From a bacterium (GTDB lineage Bacteria > Patescibacteriota > Minisyncoccia > Minisyncoccales > PEYH01), in the NCBI GenBank assembly GCA_021158195.1, contig JAGGVA010000023.1, forward strand, positions 1 to 40,732: DNA of 40,732 nt, read 5' to 3'. A model generated the notes under the pieces. The model did not search any database. It saw nothing but the letters and a program-made list of their open reading frames with translations, and was not told the origin of the DNA. Position 1 is the first letter of the stretch, and the number at the start of each line of letters is the position of its first letter. Shown here piece after piece: positions 16,201 through 22,442 of this stretch. The position numbers were made by a program, and so were the translations under genes.

Positions 16201-18686
16201 TTAAAGACAAAAATCAAAAAGGCGTTCCCTCCGAGGTTAATGTTTCAGTAGTAGATGAAGCATTATTTCACCTACCTTTGTCTTCATATGGACTTGAAAG
16301 AGATATTTTAAAAGTGCTTTATGAAGATTTTTGGATTTCTCCTATAATCTCGTATACTTCTTACGATTCTTTTAGAGGAGGAGCAGAGATGGGAGCATGT
16401 TTCTTAAGGGGTTCCAAGGTCTTAATGGCAGACGGCACATTAAAAAATATTGAAAAAATAAAGCCAGGAGACGAGATATTAACTTGGGCAAATGGAAAGA
16501 CAAAAAGATGGGTAAAGGCAGTAGTACAGAGCGTTTCCAACCACTGGGCTAGAGAATATATAATTATTAACGATTTTCTAAAAGTAACTCCCGAGCATAA
16601 AATTTTTGTTAACGGAAGGTGGACTTATGCTGGAGATGTTAAAGTAGGAGATAAACTCTTGGGGAAGAATGGAGAAACAATTATTGTAAAGACGGTTACA
16701 AAAAAGATAGAAGATGCGCCGATGTATAACATATATGTGAGCAAATATCACACTTATTTTGTAGACGGTATTTATGTTCACAATGAAGAAAAAGGAGGTC
16801 AGGTAAGAATGAATTTTGTAGATGTGGCTTTTTATAATACTTTAAAAACCGATCAACGGGGCAAAGTTTATACTTCTTTCAAACTTCCCGATAATATTAC
16901 TTCCTGGAGAATAATTGCTCAAGCGTTTTCTCCTCAAAAATTAATGGCTGGAAGAGAAGTATCGTCGATTAATGTATCTCTTCCATTTTTTGTTGAGGCA
17001 ACAATAAATGATAGTTATTTGGTAGGAGATGTTCCGATAATAAGAATAAGGGCTTTTGGCACAGAGTTAGACCAAAATAAAGAAGTGGAGTTTAAAATAG
17101 AAAGCAAAACCCTCAACTTGAATAAAAAAATTACTGCTCCTCATAATTTCGTCTATGTCTCACTTGGACCTCTTTCAGAAGGAGAGCATCAAATTTTAAT
17201 TTCTGCCAAGCAGGGAAAATATAGCGATACAATTATAAGAAAGTTTAAAGTGGAGAAATCATATTTTAAGGTGGACAAATCTAGTTTTTACAAAGTTTCA
17301 GAAGGTCTCTCTGGCATAAAGGGCAACCAATATGGATTTACTAAACTTAAATTTATAGATTTAGGCAGGGGAAGATTTTTCTCTTCTTTACTGAACAAAA
17401 CCCACAATCAAGGAATAAGAATAGATCAAGTGTTAGGAAAGTATTTGGCACAGAAATATCTTTTTAAATACTACAACGAAGGGAAAGGCAAAGTAGAGCT
17501 TCCTAGTATAGATAATTATTACGGAGAAAACGGCGGGCTTCAACTTTTTCCATATGGCGACGAAGACCTCGAAATAACAAGCAAGGTGGTAAATCTTGTG
17601 CCAGATACAATTTACAAAGAGCAGGTGGTAGGATATCTTTATAACTCGTTAGATGACGAAAAAGCGGATATTCATAGAATTTCAAAAGCCCTTTATGGCC
17701 TTTCCGCTTTAAATGAATTGGTTTTGAATAAGATTCAAAAGATTATAAAAGACCCCCATCTTAGTTTAGAAGACAAAACATATTTGGCTCTCGGGCTGGT
17801 TAATTTTGGCGACAAAGAAACAGCAAGAAAGATTTATTATAGCGACATTAGGAATAATCTTCGGTTTCAGGGACCGGAAGCCTGGGTAGAAGAAAGAGAT
17901 TTGACAAAGAGGGTAAAATTGACAGGAATGATTGCAGTTCTTGCGGCGCAATTAGAAGAGCAGGACGCGGACAAATTAGGGGAGTATATATTAACCCATA
18001 ATCCGGAGAGAGATTTAGATATTTTAGAAGAACTTCTTTATATTAAGTCAGAGTTGCCGAAAATTTCGGCTGAAAAAGCAGAGTTTGAATATTATACCAA
18101 TAATCGCTCAGGGAAGGTTTTGTTAGAAAAAGGCAAAACTTATGAACTGAACTTATCTTATGAAGAATTAAAAACTTTGAGATTTAAAAATGTAAAGGGC
18201 GACATTGCTCTTATAAGTTTTTATCAAGAGGCTCAAGATCCCCAAAACATTAAAAAAGATCAAGAACTTGGAATTAAGAGAGAATATTTAGTTAATGGGA
18301 TACAGAAAAACACCTTTAATGAAGGAGATTTAGTTTTGGTGCGACTACATCCCTATATTTCAGACAGAGCTTTAGATGGCAACTATCAAATTGTTGATTA
18401 TCTACCAAGTGGATTGAGGCCGGTTAGTCAAATTTACAATAGAGGTCGATATCTCGGAAAATGCGATATTTTGTATTATCCGACAATGATGGAGGGAAAC
18501 ACTGTTTACTTCAAGGTTTGGAAAGGGTTTAGGTCAGATCTAATTTTTTGTAAAAACAAGACAGTTAATTATTATGCAAGGGTTGTTTCAAAGGGTAAAT
18601 TTAAGGCTAATCCGGCTGTAATTCAATCATTGAAGGATTTGGAAAGCCTTAATGTCTCTTCAGAGGATTGGATAGAGATTAAATAA
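13242..18686 (+). CDS. Membrane-anchored alpha-2-macroglobulin-family giant surface protein (no thioester motif, YfaS-like), interrupted by a Hint domain
   Basis: N-terminal TM anchor (LVKIIGIILIVCLLLGFGYYFF). SbsA-Ig-like VIATHPGDKKTNVPLNSGIEITLN. VSVVDEALFHL (bait-region-domain-like). VRMNFVDVAFYN..TDQRGKVYTSFKLPDNITSWRIIAQAF (A2M domain signature). C-terminal IVDYLPSGLRPV (receptor-domain/MG8-like). None of the 9 Cys residues is followed by xEQ. Confidence 0.8.
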   Translation: MDQIFPPKKRIIDTSPKKLVKIIGIILIVCLLLGFGYYFFQQRQKSQIIEGRFEIVPTLSDDAGIDPETSFILLSSEDIAIKRLKRMIKFQPSIDFEIRKVSKAAKGDFLNQVLAAGSKEDSKVFKFEIKPKKPLEINTIYKIVLSKDYVEREYSWAYQVKAPFQVIATHPGDKKTNVPLNSGIEITLNREGFVDIEKYFSILPKTEGIIKSVGNKIIFIPQKLLPETVYTVTLKKGLKVKGSKDTLNKDYTFQFETGKEYYSSQFPYLSFNNDFLIFPSQTFPRITVYCNEINSQEIEAEVYKFSSPEEFLESYQNSRDWSLGWTYYYRRKGAFYNPKEEEKIFTFKPFTGKGCDYSATIIIPKKLEKGYYLLNLPIKSDYGEERKYQIWFQITKPIVHYSAVTKDNGIFWLADLSKKDFVNGATITYICEGKNFTLGVTNPQGFFQFNVPEPCRTQKDKFSSNFFKIETKTSLPLFVKEEDRGSYFPHYYWQSDSEKSKYWGYISSDRHVYRTNDVLKYWGVVKEKNSDIRNFKVSVGIYKDWWYSRGEALTSQEVIVSSLNTIRGELKIKGIQPGYYTLAVVANDELVDSVPIQILNYTKPTYQIEVNASKKAVVVDEVVNFKVKASFFDGTPVSNLRVKYQVYNEGHSDTGYLTLNEFGEGVFSYKFSRKSEYSWGCYSFAEITVSPAGSEEGEIYGEESVLVFPSTIYLQAFKEKLSRGVYKLTAKANKINFEGVKGEDLGFVYEEYLGEPSVNTLIKANINKITYKKVEIGTYYDYITKTFRKRYRLEREEELVDSIQGETDQKGEWSFNFDTSLFPLNEESFYRIDFIVYDSKGRYSKESIYIWSTYYDELEIIEDKPRGSLTINNEPFRKEFGQGEDIVLKLKISGEGEPSNSYILFYRYQKNITKAEIVPSLSYQEKFAEAFIPTMAYRAVFLSAYGFVDSNEVIASFDEETRRLSIRLDKDKENYRPGENVDLNIEVKDKNQKGVPSEVNVSVVDEALFHLPLSSYGLERDILKVLYEDFWISPIISYTSYDSFRGGAEMGACFLRGSKVLMADGTLKNIEKIKPGDEILTWANGKTKRWVKAVVQSVSNHWAREYIIINDFLKVTPEHKIFVNGRWTYAGDVKVGDKLLGKNGETIIVKTVTKKIEDAPMYNIYVSKYHTYFVDGIYVHNEEKGGQVRMNFVDVAFYNTLKTDQRGKVYTSFKLPDNITSWRIIAQAFSPQKLMAGREVSSINVSLPFFVEATINDSYLVGDVPIIRIRAFGTELDQNKEVEFKIESKTLNLNKKITAPHNFVYVSLGPLSEGEHQILISAKQGKYSDTIIRKFKVEKSYFKVDKSSFYKVSEGLSGIKGNQYGFTKLKFIDLGRGRFFSSLLNKTHNQGIRIDQVLGKYLAQKYLFKYYNEGKGKVELPSIDNYYGENGGLQLFPYGDEDLEITSKVVNLVPDTIYKEQVVGYLYNSLDDEKADIHRISKALYGLSALNELVLNKIQKIIKDPHLSLEDKTYLALGLVNFGDKETARKIYYSDIRNNLRFQGPEAWVEERDLTKRVKLTGMIAVLAAQLEEQDADKLGEYILTHNPERDLDILEELLYIKSELPKISAEKAEFEYYTNNRSGKVLLEKGKTYELNLSYEELKTLRFKNVKGDIALISFYQEAQDPQNIKKDQELGIKREYLVNGIQKNTFNEGDLVLVRLHPYISDRALDGNYQIVDYLPSGLRPVSQIYNRGRYLGKCDILYYPTMMEGNTVYFKVWKGFRSDLIFCKNKTVNYYARVVSKGKFKANPAVIQSLKDLESLNVSSEDWIEIK
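16398..16784 (+). other. Hint / mini-intein-like domain (129 aa, residues 1053-1181 of the A2M-like protein) without an endonuclease
   Basis: Cys1 plus block A CFLRGSKVLMADGTLKNI, block B VTPEHKIF (TxxH), blocks F/G MYNIYVSKYHTYFVDGIYVHN. The next residue is Glu (gaa, 16785-16787). Confidence 0.8.
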
Positions 18687-18693
18687 AGAATTG

Positions 18694-20457
18694 ATGCCAA
18701 AAACTTATAAAATAATTCTCGTTATTATTATTTTGAGCATCTTTGGGTTAGTTGTTTTTTCGGTTTATGATTATTTAGATTTCTCTTTCACAAAAAGTTA
18801 TTTTTTGGATGGCCACAATAAAAAGTTTATTAGGACAAAGTTTGAAGAAATGGGAGATTATATTGAGGAATTAGCAGAGGAAAGGGAGGGAAATTTCCTA
18901 AATTCTTCGCAAGAAGATTATATTCAGGCGGGTATAGTTTCTCATCATCTTCCCACAGCAGCCCCTCTTATAACAGATTTTTATCTTCGTTTAAAATATT
19001 CTCAGGGACCCAGAGAGATTTTTTTTGTTATAGGTCCTGATCATTTTGAGAGAGGGAAAGCCGTTGTTTCTACGGCTAATTTACCGTTTTTAACACCATT
19101 TGGAAAACTTGATATAGATGAGGCAGTGATTAATGATTTATTGAAGGTAGGAGTTGCAATAGATAATGAAGCAATTCAAGATCATTCTATTGGGGTGCAG
19201 GCAATTTTTATAAAAAAATTTTTTCCTAAGGCGCGAATTGTTCCTCTTATTCTTAAGGCGAATACAAACGATGAAATTATAAAAAAGATCGCAGAAGTTA
19301 TTGCGCGTTATAGAGATAGAGCCACAGTAGTCATTAGCGTAGATTTTTCTCATTATCAACCATATGATTACGCGGAGATACTAGATGGAATAAGCGAAGA
19401 GATGATAAAAGATCTTAATTTTAATAATTTTACCCTTAGGTATGTGGATTCGCCGGCATCAATGAAACTGCTGGGATTAGTTGTTAATGATTTTGATTTA
19501 GGCCTTAGAAACATTATTAGAAGTAATTCTTACAAGTTTACGGGAGATTCTCAGAATACAACAGGTTATATTATTGCTACTTTTGGCAAAAGCAACAGCG
19601 AAGAATCATTACTTATGTTTGTGGGAGATATTATGCTTTCCCGAAGTGTAGGCTTAAAAATGAAAAGAGAAAACAATTGGAAATGGCCCTTTCTTAAAAT
19701 TGCTGATTATCTAAAACGGGCAGATATTCTTTTTGGTAATTTAGAAAACCCTATTTCTATCAGAGGAAAAAATATTGGGAGTATTTATTCTTTTCGGGCA
19801 GATCCACGGGTGGTTGAAGGTTTAAAATATGCTGGTTTTGATGTGCTCTCCTTGGCAAATAATCATATAACTGATTGGAGTATGGAGGCGATGAAAGATA
19901 CTTTTCAAATTTTGAAGGACAATGATATTAGTTATATAGGCGCAGGATACAACAGGGCAGAAGTTCATACTCCGGTAGTTAAGGTATTGAAAGATGGAAC
20001 AAAGATAGGTTTTTTAGGTTATACAAATTTAATTTCAAAATATTGGGAAGCCCAGGAAGACAGGCCAGGAGTTGCTTATCTGAGAATATCTGACATCAAA
20101 AAAGATATCGCGGAAGCAAAAAAGACAGTAGATTTGTTGGTAGTTTCTATGCATTTTGGAACAGAATATAAACCACATTCAAACGAAACCCAACAAGAAT
20201 TTGCAAGAGCAGCGATTGATGCCGGGGCAGATATTGTGGTGGGTCATCATCCTCATGTGCTTCAAGAAATAGAGAAGTACAAAGATGGTTATATTGTCTA
20301 TAGTTTGGGTAATTTTGTTTTTGATCAATTATTCTCAGACGATGTTAGGACAGGTGGAATATTGGAGGTTATTGTTAAAAATAAAAAAATCAAAAAAATA
20401 GAACTAAAGAAAACTTGGATTACCGAGAATTTTCAGGTTGAATTGATGGAGAAATGA
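18694..20457 (+). CDS. Membrane-anchored fusion protein: MEMO1/AmmeMemoRadiSam-B-like domain plus CapA (PGA_cap) metallophosphoesterase-like domain
   Basis: TM ILVIIILSIFGLVVFSVY. MEMO-like GIVSHHLPTAAPLI, VIGPDHFERG, DHSIGVQAIFIKKFFP, VISVDFSHY. CapA-like FVGDIMLSR, GNLENPIS, SLANNHITDW, VVSMHFGTEY, VVGHHPHVLQEIE, YSLGNFVFDQ. The ORF track start is a TTG at 18691; the ATG is at 18694. Confidence 0.75.
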   Translation: MPKTYKIILVIIILSIFGLVVFSVYDYLDFSFTKSYFLDGHNKKFIRTKFEEMGDYIEELAEEREGNFLNSSQEDYIQAGIVSHHLPTAAPLITDFYLRLKYSQGPREIFFVIGPDHFERGKAVVSTANLPFLTPFGKLDIDEAVINDLLKVGVAIDNEAIQDHSIGVQAIFIKKFFPKARIVPLILKANTNDEIIKKIAEVIARYRDRATVVISVDFSHYQPYDYAEILDGISEEMIKDLNFNNFTLRYVDSPASMKLLGLVVNDFDLGLRNIIRSNSYKFTGDSQNTTGYIIATFGKSNSEESLLMFVGDIMLSRSVGLKMKRENNWKWPFLKIADYLKRADILFGNLENPISIRGKNIGSIYSFRADPRVVEGLKYAGFDVLSLANNHITDWSMEAMKDTFQILKDNDISYIGAGYNRAEVHTPVVKVLKDGTKIGFLGYTNLISKYWEAQEDRPGVAYLRISDIKKDIAEAKKTVDLLVVSMHFGTEYKPHSNETQQEFARAAIDAGADIVVGHHPHVLQEIEKYKDGYIVYSLGNFVFDQLFSDDVRTGGILEVIVKNKKIKKIELKKTWITENFQVELMEK

Positions 20458-20483
20458 TAAAAATTAAAAAATCCTCACTTATA

Positions 20484-20523
20484 TCCGCTGTAATAACATT
20501 GCCATGGCAATGTTATTACAGCG
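20484..20523. repeat. 40-nt palindromic repeat, copy 3 (perfect palindrome)
   Basis: CCGCTGTAATAACATTGCCATGGCAATGTTATTACAGCGG, followed by tttggttttt. Confidence 0.9.
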
Positions 20524-20579
20524 GTTTGGTTTTTCCTCTATGAATTTTTCTAAAGAGCGGGAGATATGTATCCAATATG

Positions 20580-20607
20580 TTGCATTCAAGAGAAGATAAT
20601 GTATAAT
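20580..20607 (+). promoter_or_regulatory. Sigma-70-type promoter of the murB-hpf unit (TTGCAT-16-TATAAT)
   Basis: TTGCAT at 20580-20585, TATAAT at 20602-20607. Confidence 0.5.
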
Positions 20608-20613
20608 AAAATC

Positions 20614-20669
20614 GAGCCTGGGTGTATGCACCCACAGAAGACCTAGATCGGGGTCAACTGCCCAGGCTC
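20614..20669 (+). promoter_or_regulatory. GC-rich structured 5' leader element upstream of murB (class unknown)
   Basis: Closing stem gagcctggg/cccaggctc (20614-20622 / 20661-20669). Internal hairpins gggtg-tatg-caccc and gacc..ggtc. The GGG at 20620-20622 can pair with either of two CCC runs. The strong SD aggagg is 25 nt downstream. Confidence 0.4.
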
Positions 20670-20699
20670 TTTAAATAAAAATAAAAACGCAGAGGAGGA

Positions 20700-21881
20700 A
20701 TGAAACTACCTCACTTAAAAAAAATTCTTCCCGAGATTAAAACAGGTGTTTCTTTAAAGAAATATAATACTTTCAGGATTGGAGGAAAAGCAAAATATTT
20801 TTTTGAAGCAAAAACAGAGAAAGATTTGCTTAAAGTATTGACGGCAGTAAGAGATCTAAAACTGCCTCTTTTTATTTTAGGTGGTGGAAGTAATGTATTG
20901 TTTAATGATGAAGAGTTTGATGGAGTTGTTATTAAGGTAAGCACAAAGGGACTTGAGGTAAAAGATTATAAACCTGGAGAAAAGATTGTTTATGTAGAGG
21001 CGGGAACTCCATTGTCATTTTTAGTTAATAAGGCAAAAGAACTTTCACTATCTGGGCTTGAATGGGCGACAGGAATTCCGGGCACAATAGGAGGCGCGGT
21101 TTTTGGTAATGCGGCTGCTTTTGGGTTTTCTATCGGAGAAATAGTTAAAACAGTAGAAGTGTTTGATTTAGAAACTTTGAAGAAAAGAAAATTTAATCAA
21201 AAAGAATGTTGTTTTGAATACAAGGAAAGTATTTTTAAAAAAGAAAAGAAATATGTGATTTTAAGGGTGGGGTTGGTTTTAAGGCAGGGAAATAAAAAAG
21301 AGATAGAAAAGAGGATAAAAGAATATTTAGAGAAAAGAAAGAAAAGCCAGCCATTTTGTTGGTCGGCTGGGTGTGTTTTTAAGAATATTAAAATTGAAAA
21401 ACCCGAAATAAAATTAAAGATTAAAAAAGCGCTTCCGGAAGCAGCAAAATTTTTAAAAAGCGGTTTTTTGCCAGCCGGCTATCTTATTGATAAATGTGGG
21501 CTAAAAGGGAAAAAAATTGGTAAGGCAGAAGTTTCTCAGAAACACGCAAACTTTATTGTGAACAAGGGAGGTGCAAAGGCAAAAGATATAATTAAACTGA
21601 TAAGATTAGTTAAAGAAAGCGTAAGAAAAAAGTTGGGGATAGAGTTGGAACGAGAAGTGGTTTTTGTAGAAGATTTTACTATTGACAGCAAATTTTTGAT
21701 TTCTGATAATGAAATAAGGGAGGCCGAATATAAAAATAAGAAAAATCAAAATATGCCAAAGAAAAAGTCCTCTCGCAGAAAGAGCGCCAAGAGAAAGAAG
21801 ACAAGAAAAACCGCGAAAAAGAAAACTACGAAAAAGAAAACGAGCAGGAAGAAGGCATCTAAAAAGAGAAAGAAAAAATAA
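20700..21881 (+). CDS. murB: UDP-N-acetylenolpyruvoylglucosamine reductase with a C-terminal extension of about 70 aa ending in a polybasic tail
   Basis: KKYNTFRIGGKAKYFFEA, LPLFILGGGSNVLF, GLEWATGIPGTIGGAVFGNAAAFG, VSQKHANFIVN. The tail is PKKKSSRRKSAKRKKTRKTAKKKTTKKKTSRKKASKKRKKK. Confidence 0.9.
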   Translation: MKLPHLKKILPEIKTGVSLKKYNTFRIGGKAKYFFEAKTEKDLLKVLTAVRDLKLPLFILGGGSNVLFNDEEFDGVVIKVSTKGLEVKDYKPGEKIVYVEAGTPLSFLVNKAKELSLSGLEWATGIPGTIGGAVFGNAAAFGFSIGEIVKTVEVFDLETLKKRKFNQKECCFEYKESIFKKEKKYVILRVGLVLRQGNKKEIEKRIKEYLEKRKKSQPFCWSAGCVFKNIKIEKPEIKLKIKKALPEAAKFLKSGFLPAGYLIDKCGLKGKKIGKAEVSQKHANFIVNKGGAKAKDIIKLIRLVKESVRKKLGIELEREVVFVEDFTIDSKFLISDNEIREAEYKNKKNQNMPKKKSSRRKSAKRKKTRKTAKKKTTKKKTSRKKASKKRKKK

Positions 21882-21884
21882 GTT

Positions 21885-22331
21885 ATGAGGATTAATATCA
21901 AACCAGTTAATGTGGGGCTCGATCAAGCCCTCATTGATTGGATTTACGAAAAGTTAGGAGAGATAGAAAAATATCTTTCGGATTTTGAAAGTGGAGAAAT
22001 CCCAGGAGGAAAGGAAACTATAGAACTAAACGTCGAAATAGGTAAAACAACACGACATCACCGCAAGGGAGATGTTTTTCGGGCAGAAGCCCAATTGTAT
22101 CTTCCAAAAGAATTAATAAGGGTGGAGGCAACAGACAATGATTTAAGAGCCGCAATCGATCAAATAAAAGAACAGTTATATCGCAAGATTAAAAAATATA
22201 AAAGAAAAAGAATAATTAGGGCTCGGAAATGGGCAAGAGTAGTAAAAGAAGTAGGAAGAATCCATCGAGTATTGTTGAAAGAAAACAATAAGGTAAAAAA
22301 GTTATTGCGGGCATTTAAAAAGAAGAAATAA
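21885..22331 (+). CDS. hpf: Ribosome hibernation/translation-inhibition factor (RaiA/HPF family) with a basic C-terminal tail
   Basis: MRINIKPVNVGLDQALIDWIYEKLGEIEKYL ... VFRAEAQLYLPKELIRVEATDNDLRAAIDQIKEQLYRKIKKYK matches the S30EA/sigma-54-modulation fold pattern. Confidence 0.75.
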   Translation: MRINIKPVNVGLDQALIDWIYEKLGEIEKYLSDFESGEIPGGKETIELNVEIGKTTRHHRKGDVFRAEAQLYLPKELIRVEATDNDLRAAIDQIKEQLYRKIKKYKRKRIIRARKWARVVKEVGRIHRVLLKENNKVKKLLRAFKKKK

Positions 22332-22357
22332 ATTGGAGATAATCTATATTCATAAAA

Positions 22358-22390
22358 GGAGCAAGGTTGAACCTTGCTCCGCTTTAATTT
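22358..22390 (+). terminator. Hairpin terminator after hpf
   Basis: ggagcaagg-ttgaa-ccttgctcc (22358-22380), then gctttaattt (weak U tract). Confidence 0.5.
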
Positions 22391-22442
22391 ATTGGCTTTT
22401 TGTGATAGATTAGTGGTAGATTAAAAAAATAAAACCTTATCT

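Noticed and set aside
16398-16784. Canonical self-splicing intein with a homing endonuclease
   Set aside because: The domain is only 129 aa, so there is no endonuclease insert. The +1 residue is Glu, so a standard class 1 splicing mechanism is not expected. It is reported instead as a BIL/Hint autoprocessing candidate.
13242-18686. Thioester (CxEQ) trap mechanism for the A2M-like protein
   Set aside because: All Cys contexts were read (CLLL, CNEI, CDYS, CEGK, CRTQ, CYSF, CFLR, CDIL, CKNK) and none is CxEQ. The equivalent region reads GIRIDQ.
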